Below, piece after piece: positions 1 to 8,315 of a stretch of DNA of 64,000 bases. Source of the stretch: an uncultured Actinomycetes bacterium (GTDB lineage Bacteria > Actinomycetota > UBA4738 > HRBIN12); contig CAWBOB010000005.1 of assembly GCA_963790335.1 (NCBI GenBank), positions 11,570-75,569 on the forward strand, in the 5' to 3' direction. How positions within the stretch are numbered: position 1 is the stretch's first letter; every line of letters begins with the position of its first letter. Both the position numbers and the translations under genes were made by a program. The notes under the pieces are model-generated. The model was given only the letters and a program-made list of their open reading frames with translations. It ran no database searches and was not told the origin of the DNA.

Positions 1-734
1 ATCACATGACGCGTGCGTTCCTCGCCGCCATCGTGTCGCACGAGCATCTCCTCTGCGGCCGGCGTGATCTCGCGCACGCGGCAGTGCGTGCGAGCACGAT
101 TCCCGAGCGCATCGGCGAGCGCCCTCGGGAGCTCCCCCGATCCGCCGACCAGGTTGCGGGCGATCAGCGAGCCCCGGCCGCCCCACACGAGAGCGAAGAG
201 CGCGATCCCCGCGCCCGCTGACAGCTCCGTCAGCTCTGCAGTGGCCCGATGCGCCGCGCAGGAGAGGATCTGTTCGACCGCCGGCGGAAGCGGGCCGAGG
301 AATTCGCCGAACGTGCGGTGGTCCTCGAACGCATAGCGACGTTCCGCCCGGTGGTACCGCGCGACGCCGCGCCTGATCCTGATACCTGCCCTCGCGAACG
401 CGATCCGATCGCGCGCCGACAGCGGCAGCCGGAGCGGGTACGACTCGACGGGGCCGCTCGTGAGCTTCGTGGAGCCCACCGAGAGCCCCATCATGCTGCC
501 GGTGACCGGTACCGTCTCCAAGCCACACGCCCTCGCCATCCCGTCGACGAGGGAGCCGGGCGCCGGAAACAGATGCGCGCCGTAGTTCAGCCAGTAGCCG
601 CCGCGCCGGTCGGAGCGCATCCTCCCTCCGAGGCGATCGCCTGCCTCGAGGAGTACCACGTCGCGATGGCGGAGTCGCCAAGCTGCGGACAAGCCGGCGA
701 TCCCGCCACCGATCACCACCACATCTCGGGCCAT
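1..734 (-). CDS. FAD-dependent oxidoreductase (flavin amine oxidase / protoporphyrinogen oxidase-like), N-terminal part; 3' end runs off the window
   Basis: Own minus-strand translation from ATG (comp. 732-734): MARDVVVIGGGIAGLSAAWRLRHRDVVLLEAGDRLGGRMRS..., a Rossmann GxGxxG start plus the LGGR motif. Open down to position 1. Absent from the ORF track because no stop lies in the window. Confidence 0.75.
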   Translation of the reverse strand, partial: MARDVVVIGGGIAGLSAAWRLRHRDVVLLEAGDRLGGRMRSDRRGGYWLNYGAHLFPAPGSLVDGMARACGLETVPVTGSMMGLSVGSTKLTSGPVESYPLRLPLSARDRIAFARAGIRIRRGVARYHRAERRYAFEDHRTFGEFLGPLPPAVEQILSCAAHRATAELTELSAGAGIALFALVWGGRGSLIARNLVGGSGELPRALADALGNRARTHCRVREITPAAEEMLVRHDGGEERTRHV

Positions 735-856
735 GCCGCCATCATCGCAGGGGGTCGATCAAGCGCGTTACCGTCGAGACCGTCCTCCCAGCCGACCGTC
801 GGTGAGCTCGACCGTGTGTCAGGGCTGCGCCGCGCTCCCCCGTTGACACTGTCGAA

Positions 857-1387
857 CTACCAATAGCGAGCCGTGGCCATGGCGGTAACGGCGAGAAACA
901 AGAGCATCAGATCAAGTTTGCCGTGCTTCTCGAGCTCCGCCCCCAGGTGAGCCATCTGCTGCTGCTGTTCGGGAGAGGGCGGCCCGCCCGACGCGGCGAT
1001 CCGGTCCCCCAAGTCCACCATCCGCTCGACGTTGCGACCGACACCGATGGAGCCGGTGAACGCTGCGATCGTGGCGAGCACACCTCCGATGGTGAGCCCG
1101 AGGCCGAATCGACTGGTGACCCAGTCTCCGAACGATCCATACAGGTCCATGTTCCGAAGCCACATGATCCATCCCGCCGTGACGGTAATCATGCCGAGCC
1201 ACGTGATGATCTTCGCGACCTTCCGCTTCTTCACGGCGACGCTCAGCAGCGGCCCCGCGGATGGACCAACCTCGGCCGCGGAGGGCCCGATGAAGCCCAC
1301 GAACAGGAACGCTGCCCCGAACCACGCTGCCCCCAGGACGATGTGCAGGAAGCGCAGGAAGATCATCAACAGACTGGTCCCGGTCAT
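857..1387 (-). CDS. Integral membrane protein, unknown function
   Basis: ORF-track 176 aa with four hydrophobic helices (FLHIVLGAAWFGAAFLFVGFI, ITWLGMITVTAGWIMWL, LGLTIGGVLATIAAF, LMLLFLAVTAMATA). The overlapping antisense ORFs look compositional. Confidence 0.65.
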   Translation of the reverse strand: MTGTSLLMIFLRFLHIVLGAAWFGAAFLFVGFIGPSAAEVGPSAGPLLSVAVKKRKVAKIITWLGMITVTAGWIMWLRNMDLYGSFGDWVTSRFGLGLTIGGVLATIAAFTGSIGVGRNVERMVDLGDRIAASGGPPSPEQQQQMAHLGAELEKHGKLDLMLLFLAVTAMATARYW

Positions 1388-1469
1388 CGACAGCCCTTTC
1401 GCTCAGATCGCGATCCGCCGAACGATAGACGGTGGTCGACAGGAGCGCCAGAACGGGTCTTTGAGCGTG

Positions 1470-1656
1470 TCAGGCCAGCATGCCTTCGACGGCCTGCTGG
1501 TCGAGGAAGCTCGGCCAAATCTCGGTGATCTTCCCGTTCACGAAATGCGACACGACGACCTTGCTCAGCGTCGAGACTCCGACCGTCCCGCTCGATGTGC
1601 ACCAGCTGAAGCACCGCCGGAGCGATGACGATATCTGCCGCGGGGATCTGGGGCAA
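1470..1656 (-). pseudogene. Possible remnant of a SnoaL-like (NTF2-fold) gene, C-terminal ~60 codons, frame broken
   Basis: The minus strand reads ...ADIVIAPAVLQLVHIERDG, then one base out of frame VGVSTLSKVVVSHFVNGKITEIWPSFLDQQAVEGMLA-stop (stop comp. 1470-1472). The HF-x-x-GKI-x-E-x-W ending is typical of SnoaL-like proteins. A full gene cannot fit between 1387 and 1672. Confidence 0.3.
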
Positions 1657-1671
1657 ACGGGCCGAGCGCCA

Positions 1672-2058
1672 TCACTCGACAGTCAGGGTCGTCTCCATCC
1701 CCTGGGCCCGGTGGAACTGACAGAACAAGGTGTAGGTACCCGCCTCGAGGTCAACCGTCGCGGTGGCAGTCTCAGCTGGAGCGACCTCCACGTCGACGTC
1801 TTCGCCGTCGATCGTGAACGTGTGTGGGCTCGCGCCCTCGTTCACTAGCTCGACGTCGCCCGCGACGATGACGGGCTCGGCGGGCGCGTATTCGTTGTCG
1901 GTCATGGTGACCGTCGACGTGGCGGAGCCGGTGTCGGTCGAGCCGCCGTTCGCGGGGTCACCGGCCGCATCGCCATCACCGCCGCCGCATGCGGCGAGCG
2001 ACAGCGACGCGACCAGCACGATGCCGAGCAGTCGCTTCCTCGTGATCGTTCGGTGCAT
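1672..2058 (-). CDS. Cupredoxin (blue-copper) lipoprotein, single domain
   Basis: ATG comp. 2056-2058 lies behind GAAGGAGG. Lipobox in MHRTITRKRLLGIVLVASLSLAAC. Copper-site pattern ASPHTF ... FCQFHRAQGM (C-x2-H-x4-M). ORF-track entry 1672..2922 is a read-through joining this gene to the upstream one. Confidence 0.85.
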   Translation of the reverse strand: MHRTITRKRLLGIVLVASLSLAACGGGDGDAAGDPANGGSTDTGSATSTVTMTDNEYAPAEPVIVAGDVELVNEGASPHTFTIDGEDVDVEVAPAETATATVDLEAGTYTLFCQFHRAQGMETTLTVE

Positions 2059-2072
2059 CCGTACCTCCTTCG

Positions 2073-2850
2073 TCAGGCCACGTGCACGGTGCCGCGCATC
2101 GTGGGGTGGATCAGGCATGAGTAACTGAAGGTGCCTGGCGTGTCGAAGCGGAAGGAAAAGGCATCCTTCGGATCGAGGGTGCCTGAATCGAACGCACCGA
2201 TCGGCCGAGACGGTGTGCGGCGCGGGATCGTTGTTCGTCCAGGTCACCTCCGTGCCGGCTCGCACGTGGATCTCGGGCGGCGCGAACGCGAAATCCGCGA
2301 TCTCAACCTCGTCGGGCGCGGTGTCGCCTCCTTCCTCCCGCACGAGCGGGGCGTCGTCGGTGACCCTCAACGTTGTTCGCATACCGCGGTCGTCGTGTTC
2401 GGCGACGAAGCACTCGATCTCGTAGATGCCGGGTGGAAGATCCGCCCGAATCCTCAGCACATCGTTCGGACCGAACTCCGGTCCTTCAAGCTCCAGCTCG
2501 CCGTTCCCGGGTCCGCTGTGGTCGTCGTCGTGGTCGTTTTCCTCTCCCTTGATCTCGAATCCGTGGATGAGGGCGCCGCCGTTGCGGATCACGAACGTCA
2601 CCGGGCCGGGGCGGATCTCGTCGGCTTCGAGCGTGATCGCGAACTCGCCGAACCCGACCTCGAGGCCACCCTTCCTCGGGTCGACGCGGCGGCTGGAGAC
2701 GTCGGCGCGTTCGGGCGCCGAGGCGGGTGTGGCGGCATCCGTTGTCTGCGGGCGACGCTCCCGGACGGCTTCACGTGGTGGAGCGGTGTCGCCAGAAGAA
2801 CATGCGACGAGGAGTACGGCGGACACCAGCGCTATGCCCCGACGGATCAC
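2073..2850 (-). CDS. Two-domain cupredoxin lipoprotein; reading frame interrupted near 2196-2206
   Basis: GTG comp. 2848-2850, lipobox LLVACSS. Domain 1 ends ...IYEIECFVAEHDDRGM. Domain 2 reads VTWTNNDPAPHTVSAD and, only after skipping one base, GAFDSGTLDPKDAFSFRFDTPGTFSYSCLIHPTMRGTVHVA-stop (comp. 2073-2075), the plastocyanin/amicyanin-type Y-x-C-x2-H-P-x-M ending. Span 778 = 3n+1. Confidence 0.8.
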
Positions 2851-3201
2851 TTGACTCTCGCCACCATGATGAGTGCCCTTCTCCCTTTGGATCGGATGCT
2901 GGTCGGTTCCCACACCCTCCACGCTAGAGCGGCATAAGTGAGAGGCAGGCCAGAGGGCGGTTAAGACTTGGCCAAGGTGTCTTGACGTTCGGGTGGCGTG
3001 GCACCCTGGAGATCCGGGATCGTCGGCTTCGGCGCGTCGACGTTCTACGACGGCTCTGGGCTGAAGCCGATCGTCTCCGCGGGTCGCCTTCGCCTGATAC
3101 GCAGTAAGTGCTGTAGCTCTTGCTCCCTAGGGAGTGCGGAGGGATAATGGGTCCCTACGTGTGGACTATCTCCCCTCCCCGACTAGCTCAGGAGCAGTCC
3201 G

Positions 3202-3984
3202 ATGGACCCGAGCAAGAGAGACCTGGATCTGTGGTCAGGCATCTCGCCAGCGGCCGCCCCGCAAGATTCGGAGACGGCCAAGCCTGAGTTCAAGATACGA
3301 GGCGCGGCTACGACCAGACTCAAGTGAACGACCACCTGGCTCGCGAGACTAGGCTCTTGCACAGCGCCAAGGCAGGGGTGCGCAGGCTGCAGTCCGAGTT
3401 GGATGAGGCGAGGCGACAACTGGAGGTAGTGGCTTACGGAGCGGGACGCTGCCCTCGAGGAACGGGACGCTGCCCTCGAGGAACGGGACGCAGCGCTGCG
3501 AGAGCGGCCGATAGCGACTGAGGATACCGACGAGCAGATGTCCAGTCGCGTATTGGAGCTGATGGCGGCCCTGAATCGAGGCGTCGAAAAACTTCGAGGA
3601 GAAGCGCAAAGAGAAGCCGAAGTCGAAGCGGAGCACATCTTGGATCACGCCAGAGGTAAGGCCACGCGCATGCTGAGCGAAGCCGAGGAGCTCCGCGCGG
3701 CGACCGAGCTGGCGGCGGCACAGATGCGTCAGGAAGCAGAGCGGTCGGTGGCTGATCTGACGGCCCACCGGGACTCGATGGTCGCCGATCTTCGGCTCTC
3801 CTTCGCCCGGTCCCTCGAAACGATCGGCAGCTTGGCTTCGTCGATCAGGGAAGAGAGCGACGCCTTGCGGGCGGATGGCTCCGAACCTAGGGAAGACAGC
3901 TCAGCGTCTTCGCGAGATGACCAGGCCACCACGCTGGTCGTGCTTCCCGAATCAGAGCCTGACCGCTCGGCACAGTCGGGTTGA
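3202..3984 (+). CDS. DivIVA-domain coiled-coil protein; two compensating frame changes (~3293 and ~3432)
   Basis: ATG 3202 lies 7 nt after AGGAG. Segment 1: MDPSKRDLDLW...KPEFKIRG. Segment 2, other frame: GYDQTQVNDHLARETRLLHSAKAGVRRLQSELDEARRQLEVV; F-x5-RGYD-x3-V-x3-L is the DivIVA N-terminal signature. Segment 3, original frame: ERDAALE heptads, then ORF-track 3538..3984. Total span 783 = 3n. The uninterrupted frame hits TGA at 3322. Confidence 0.6.
3438..3500 (+). repeat. 21-bp tandem repeat, 3 copies, coding (ERDAALE heptad)
   Basis: ggagcgggacgctgccctcga / ggaacgggacgctgccctcga / ggaacgggacgcagcgctgcga read directly from the sequence. It lies in frame with the downstream coiled coil. Confidence 0.9.
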
Positions 3985-4178
3985 GGCAGAACCCTGGATC
4001 CACGTCGTGGTCCTTTCCCCGGGAACCCTCGATGAGCGAGACTTCCTGGCCATTCCCCCTTGACGGTGACCCTTGGCGTTCCGCCTTCTCGGCTGCGCAA
4101 GCGCACGTAGGACATCTGGGGGTTCCTCGATGTCGGGGTGCGGCGGTACCCTCCGACGAATCACCGGAGGGGAAGCCG

Positions 4179-4690
4179 ATGAGCCTGCAAGATGCTCGCG
4201 ACGACGTCGCGAACGCTCGGAAGTACGCCGAGACGGATTTCGACAACGCAGTTGTGTCCGCGCTCGAAACGCTCGGTACTGAGGTTGCCGAACTTTGGGA
4301 AGACCTGACCACGTTCTCATCGTCACATCCCGGCGACTCCCTGGATCGGTTTGACTACTAATGGGCTCGATCGTCGTCGTCCGTGATCGGGATGCCAAGG
4401 AACTCACACGCATCGATGGGCAGCAGCGTTTGGCCACGATCACGATATTCCTTGCAGTGCTGCGGGATCACCTGACTGCCAGCTACCCAACCGCCGCAGC
4501 AGACATACAGGGCCAGCTCATCGTGCAATCGGTTCCTAGGCGGGGCCCTCGATACCGCCTGACACTCGCGCCTGCACCACCTGGGGCGCGGCTACGTGGC
4601 ATGTTGGCCGCTATAGCGAGGGCATCGACTTGCGTCGGCGGCAGGTCTTCCACCGAGCCCCGCCAAGCGACTCGCTTTAGGGGCAGCTAG
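4179..4690 (+). pseudogene. Remnant of a DUF262 (GmrSD-type, ParB-like N-terminal domain) gene
   Basis: ATG 4179 follows GGAGGGG. It reads ...AELWEDL...DSLDRFDY-TAA (4359-4361), then in the next frame MGSIVVVRDRDAKELTRIDGQQRLATITIFLAVLRD, which carries the DGQQR(L)T signature. The sequence then degenerates and stops at 4690 against the convergent RCC1 gene. At most ~170 codons of a normally much longer protein remain. Confidence 0.6.
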
Positions 4691-6807
4691 ACGGTTCTCA
4701 CTCGTGCGCGGACGGCATCCGCCATCTGAACCGATCGAGAAGACACCACCACCAGCCACGCCTTACCAAAGTCACCGCCCACCTTCGCCCTGACGACGAG
4801 TCGGAGGGTCCGTGTTGCTCCGGGAGTTATGCTGCTCACCCGAAGACCGCGCGTCGTCACTTCCTTGGTTACGTCCTGAGTGTCAAGCACGTAGCGAACG
4901 GCAAAACGCCTACCCGAGCCCGGACCCGTCACGAGAAGAGAGTCGGTCGCTGCACCGTCGTTCTCCATCCTCACGACGAATGCGATCGAACGACCCTCTC
5001 GCAACCTCGAGGTCGCGGTCTGGCGACCACCCGTGAGGTTGTAGATGTCGTTGCCCACAGGCGCCAACTTCGAGGGTACGGAGATCTTCCCGTCGGGCCG
5101 GTAGGTCTTGGTGAACGATGCACCTACCGAACGCGCCTGATCCATGGTGACGGAGCAAGGGCCAGTTCCGGAACATCCTGACCCAGTCCACCCCGTGAAC
5201 ACCGAGGTCGGATCGGATCCGGCCGTCAGGGTGACCGAGACGGAAGCATCGAAGCTCGCCGCGCAGGTGTCGGGGCAGTCGATCCCGGCGGGCGAGGACG
5301 TAACGACACCTCTCCCGGTCCCCGTTCGGACTACGTCGAGGTCGAAGTGACTCTGGATCGTCCAACTCGTGGATGCGGGCGTCACGTCAACGTTCGATCC
5401 GCCGCTCATGGCCCGCACGAGGAAGGTATGAGCTCCGTCCGTCAGGTCAAGATAGGTCACCGTTCCTGAATCGCATTGCGTCCAGCCGCCTGCATCTAGG
5501 TTGCACTCGAATAGCGAGCCGGGCTGGTCGGAACTGAACGAGAAGGTGGCATCCACGGCGGTCACCGTCCCCGAGGGACCGGAGTCGATGGTGGTCTCAG
5601 GCGGGATGGCGACGGCGTCGACCGGATAGGTCGAGTCCGTCGTCGTCCCGTCGCCGAGTTGGCCATGCCCGTTCCAGCCCCAGCACCGCACGCCCCCCCA
5701 CGTCATGAGGGCACATGCGTGGTTGTCTCCGACCGAGACCGCTTCGACCCCGCTCGTGAGGCCGGAAACATCGAAAGGGGTGGTGGACGTTAGTGACGGG
5801 TAGTACTGGTTCATGCCCCAGCACTTCACTCCCCCGCCGGTCGTGACGGCGCATGACGCATACGAGCCCGATGAGATCGCTGCGGCGCCGCTAGCGAGGC
5901 CGGAAACGTCGACCGGCGTGGTTGAGTCGGTAGTGGTCCCGTTCCCGAGCTGGCCGCTGGTCCCGACGCCCCAGCACTTCACGCCACCTGCGGTCATGAC
6001 GGCGCATGTATGCCCATACCCAGTAGAGACGGCGGCGACACCACTCGAGAGACCGGAGACGTTGACCGGCGTCAGTGAAGTAGTGGTGGTGCCATCTCCG
6101 AGCTGGCCGACCGTGTTGATACCGGAGCACTTCACTGCTCCCCCAGTCGCAAGCGCGCATCCCATGTAACTTCCGCCCGAAACGGCTGCGACCCCGTTCG
6201 AGAGCTCGGGCACGTCGACGGGTGTCGTGGAACTAGCGCCCGTGCCATCCCCGAACTCTCCAAATTGGTTATCGCCCCAGCACTTCACGCCCCCCCCGGT
6301 CGTGACGGCGCACGTGTGGATGACGCCGGCCGAGACGGTAACGACCCCGCTCGAGAGACCCGAGACGTCAACAGGGGTGCTGGAGTTGTTCCCCGAGCCG
6401 TCTCCGAGCTCCCCGTTTCCGTTGTAGCCCCAGCACTTCACGGCGCCCTCGGTCGTAACCGCGCACGTGTCGTGCGCGCCGGCCGAGATGGAGGCAACGC
6501 CGCTTGAGAGCCCCACGACGTCGACCGGATCGGCTGAGTCCGTCGTGGTGCCGTCGCCGAGCTCCCCGTGCTCGTTGAAGCCCCAGCACTTCACGCCGCC
6601 CCCCATCGTGAGCGCGCAGGTGTGGTCGTTGCCAGCCGAGACCTGGACGATAGGCTCAGCCGCCTGAGCTGGAGTCGTCTGCAGCACCATCGAGAGCAAC
6701 ACACCAGTCAACGCGACAATCACCCTGCGACGAGTTGGACTCTGAGCGAGCCCGAACGCGCGTCGAGTCCTCGAACAGAAGGATCGACTTCGGGAACAAC
6801 TTCGCAT
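4687..6807 (-). CDS. Secreted RCC1-repeat beta-propeller protein with C-terminal Ig-like / InlB-B-repeat-like modules
   Basis: 706-aa intact ORF. Signal-like segment ...VLLSMVLQTTPAQAAEP. About seven blades of type VSAG-x-x-HTCA-x-T-x-GG-VKCWG-x-N-x-x-G(E/Q)LGDGTT. C-terminal GWTGSGCSGTGPCSVTMDQARSVGASF module. Confidence 0.9.
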   Translation of the reverse strand: MRSCSRSRSFCSRTRRAFGLAQSPTRRRVIVALTGVLLSMVLQTTPAQAAEPIVQVSAGNDHTCALTMGGGVKCWGFNEHGELGDGTTTDSADPVDVVGLSSGVASISAGAHDTCAVTTEGAVKCWGYNGNGELGDGSGNNSSTPVDVSGLSSGVVTVSAGVIHTCAVTTGGGVKCWGDNQFGEFGDGTGASSTTPVDVPELSNGVAAVSGGSYMGCALATGGAVKCSGINTVGQLGDGTTTTSLTPVNVSGLSSGVAAVSTGYGHTCAVMTAGGVKCWGVGTSGQLGNGTTTDSTTPVDVSGLASGAAAISSGSYASCAVTTGGGVKCWGMNQYYPSLTSTTPFDVSGLTSGVEAVSVGDNHACALMTWGGVRCWGWNGHGQLGDGTTTDSTYPVDAVAIPPETTIDSGPSGTVTAVDATFSFSSDQPGSLFECNLDAGGWTQCDSGTVTYLDLTDGAHTFLVRAMSGGSNVDVTPASTSWTIQSHFDLDVVRTGTGRGVVTSSPAGIDCPDTCAASFDASVSVTLTAGSDPTSVFTGWTGSGCSGTGPCSVTMDQARSVGASFTKTYRPDGKISVPSKLAPVGNDIYNLTGGRQTATSRLREGRSIAFVVRMENDGAATDSLLVTGPGSGRRFAVRYVLDTQDVTKEVTTRGLRVSSITPGATRTLRLVVRAKVGGDFGKAWLVVVSSRSVQMADAVRARVRTV

Positions 6808-6865
6808 GCGTATGGTGTCGGCGTGCTAGCAAGTGCTCTTGAGAAAACATGCGCCCCTCACGCGA

Positions 6866-6955
6866 CTAACCTGCGGTCTTCGAAATCAGCTGTCTGGCGC
6901 GCTGCAGCTCGGATACCTCTGTCGGCATGAGGATCTGTCTGGACTCGCTGCTCAT
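6866..6955 (-). CDS. Possible 29-aa small ORF upstream of the RCC1 gene
   Basis: ATG comp. 6953-6955 directly follows AAGGGAGAGGTGG. Product MSSESRQILMPTEVSELQRARQLISKTAG, stop comp. 6866-6868. No homology is recognisable. Below the ORF-track length cutoff. Confidence 0.3.
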   Translation of the reverse strand: MSSESRQILMPTEVSELQRARQLISKTAG

Positions 6956-7028
6956 CCACCTCTCCCTTCATTGGCGAGCTGACGCTCGGCTAGGCGAGCT
7001 GATAGCACCTTGCTTGGTCAACGCGGAG

Positions 7029-7349
7029 CTAATCCCGCCGACGCCGTAGTCGCTCGAACGCAGCGTTCGCTACTCCGCCTATGGCTGGCACCAGGTGGAT
7101 CATGATCGACGTGAGGATGGCACCAAACGCTATTCCCATGACCAGGACCAAGAGAGAGAGCACTAGGAAGCGCCCCCATAGGAAGTCGGAGGTCAAGGGC
7201 GCATCCCAAGGCCGCATCGTGACGACGAGATAGGCAATAGTGCCGACCATGCATAGCAGCCCCATTCCGGTTTCCCAGTCGTCCCCTTTCCGCTCGGGCG
7301 CACGATCCACGCGACGAATCGTATCCCGAGACGAGGGAGGAGCAGACAA
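7029..7349 (-). CDS. Small membrane protein, unknown function
   Basis: ORF-track 106 aa with two clear hydrophobic helices (LLCMVGTIAYLVV, FLVLSLLVLVMGIAFGAILTSIMIHLV) and a basic C-terminus. Confidence 0.5.
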   Translation of the reverse strand: MSAPPSSRDTIRRVDRAPERKGDDWETGMGLLCMVGTIAYLVVTMRPWDAPLTSDFLWGRFLVLSLLVLVMGIAFGAILTSIMIHLVPAIGGVANAAFERLRRRRD

Positions 7350-7868
7350 CGGGCAGACAGCCGACTACGGTCGCGGGCCCGATCGCGACGCTGTGGCGGG
7401 ACACCAAAAAGACGCTGCAGGACGATTGCGGGTGCCGGCGGGACTGACCCAGAGGCCCGGTCACAATGTTGGTGCGTCACGCCGATGCTGCCTTACGGTG
7501 ATGACCGCCGCTTCACTCGTCTCCTCGGCGTGACACACGGTTGCCCTCGAGGAGTCTCCATGATGCGTCCCACCAAGAAGACGTTGCCCCTCGTCGACTT
7601 GCCCGCTGGCGGCGGCGGCGTGTCCCTTGCCTCGTGGAGGCGACGCGGGCTTGCGCTTCTCCCGGTCCTCTTTGACTGACGTCGCGTTGTCAGGTTGCTC
7701 GATGGCCCCGAAGGGCATCAGCCGCACGTGGGCGAGCGACGCAGTGACGTCACCGGGTTGTGGCTTCTGCGCCATGGCCAGAGCCAGGGCAACGTGATCC
7801 GCGCAGCGGCGGCGCAGGACGCGGAGGCGCTGGATATACCCCACCGACCTGAGGCGACCGACCTTGCC

Positions 7869-8216
7869 CCGACGACCGCCTTTCACGCAGACCCGAGGGA
7901 GGTAGTGACCTCCGCCGCCGAACGCTACGGTGCCGGGGTCACGATGGAGGGCCGTGTGGCTGCCACAGACGGCCGGCGGTGGTTGAACGACGAGCGGGTG
8001 TCGGGCCTCGGCATGGGCAGCTCCGGTGACGTCCTCGCTGGACTGGTCGCCGGTGGGGCGGCACAACACGCTGATGTCGCGTGGGCGACGTGTCGTGCCA
8101 CCTATCTGCATCTCGCTGCCGGCAAGGCTGCCGCACAGCGGATCGGGCCAATCGGCTACCTCGCCCGGGAGCTCCTAGGAGGCTTGACCCGAGTCCTGCT
8201 CATGGTGACCCCTTGA
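7869..8216 (+). pseudogene. C-terminal remnant of an NAD(P)HX dehydratase (YjeF_C / NnrD-like carbohydrate kinase)
   Basis: The tail of ORF 7695..8216 reads AAERYGAGVTMEGRVAATDG...GLGMGSSGDVLAGLVAGGAAQ...ATYLHLAAGKAAA...GYLARELL. This matches the YjeF C-terminal pattern (KG ... G-x-GDVL(S/A)G ... A ... LHG-x-AG). The expected N-terminal ~150 residues are absent. Confidence 0.45.
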
Positions 8217-8261
8217 AGCAACCCACGACACGAAACTGAAGCTGCCGGAGCCGGAACGTGA

Positions 8262-8286
8262 GTGAGGGGCCTCATGGGCCCCTCAC
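8262..8286. terminator. GC-rich hairpin between convergent genes (possible bidirectional intrinsic terminator)
   Basis: gtgaggggcc-tcatg-ggcccctcac: a perfect 10-bp stem with a 5-nt loop, between the 8216 stop (+) and the 8316 stop (-). There is no clear U-tract. Confidence 0.45.
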
Positions 8287-8315
8287 GTTGTGCTGTAGAG
8301 CTGTTCCGTTCGACG

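Noticed and set aside
7758-7793. LWLLRHGQSQGN, a histidine-phosphatase (RHG) catalytic motif
   Set aside because: Only about 12 residues match, and the following sequence does not continue the phosphoglycerate-mutase-family pattern. It may be chance or a tiny remnant and is too weak for a feature.
7461-8111. 216-aa minus-strand ORF
   Set aside because: It has no ribosome-binding site, motif or hydrophobic pattern and overlaps the NnrD-like remnant on the other strand. I could not support either strand as coding for 7461-7860, so neither is reported as a CDS.
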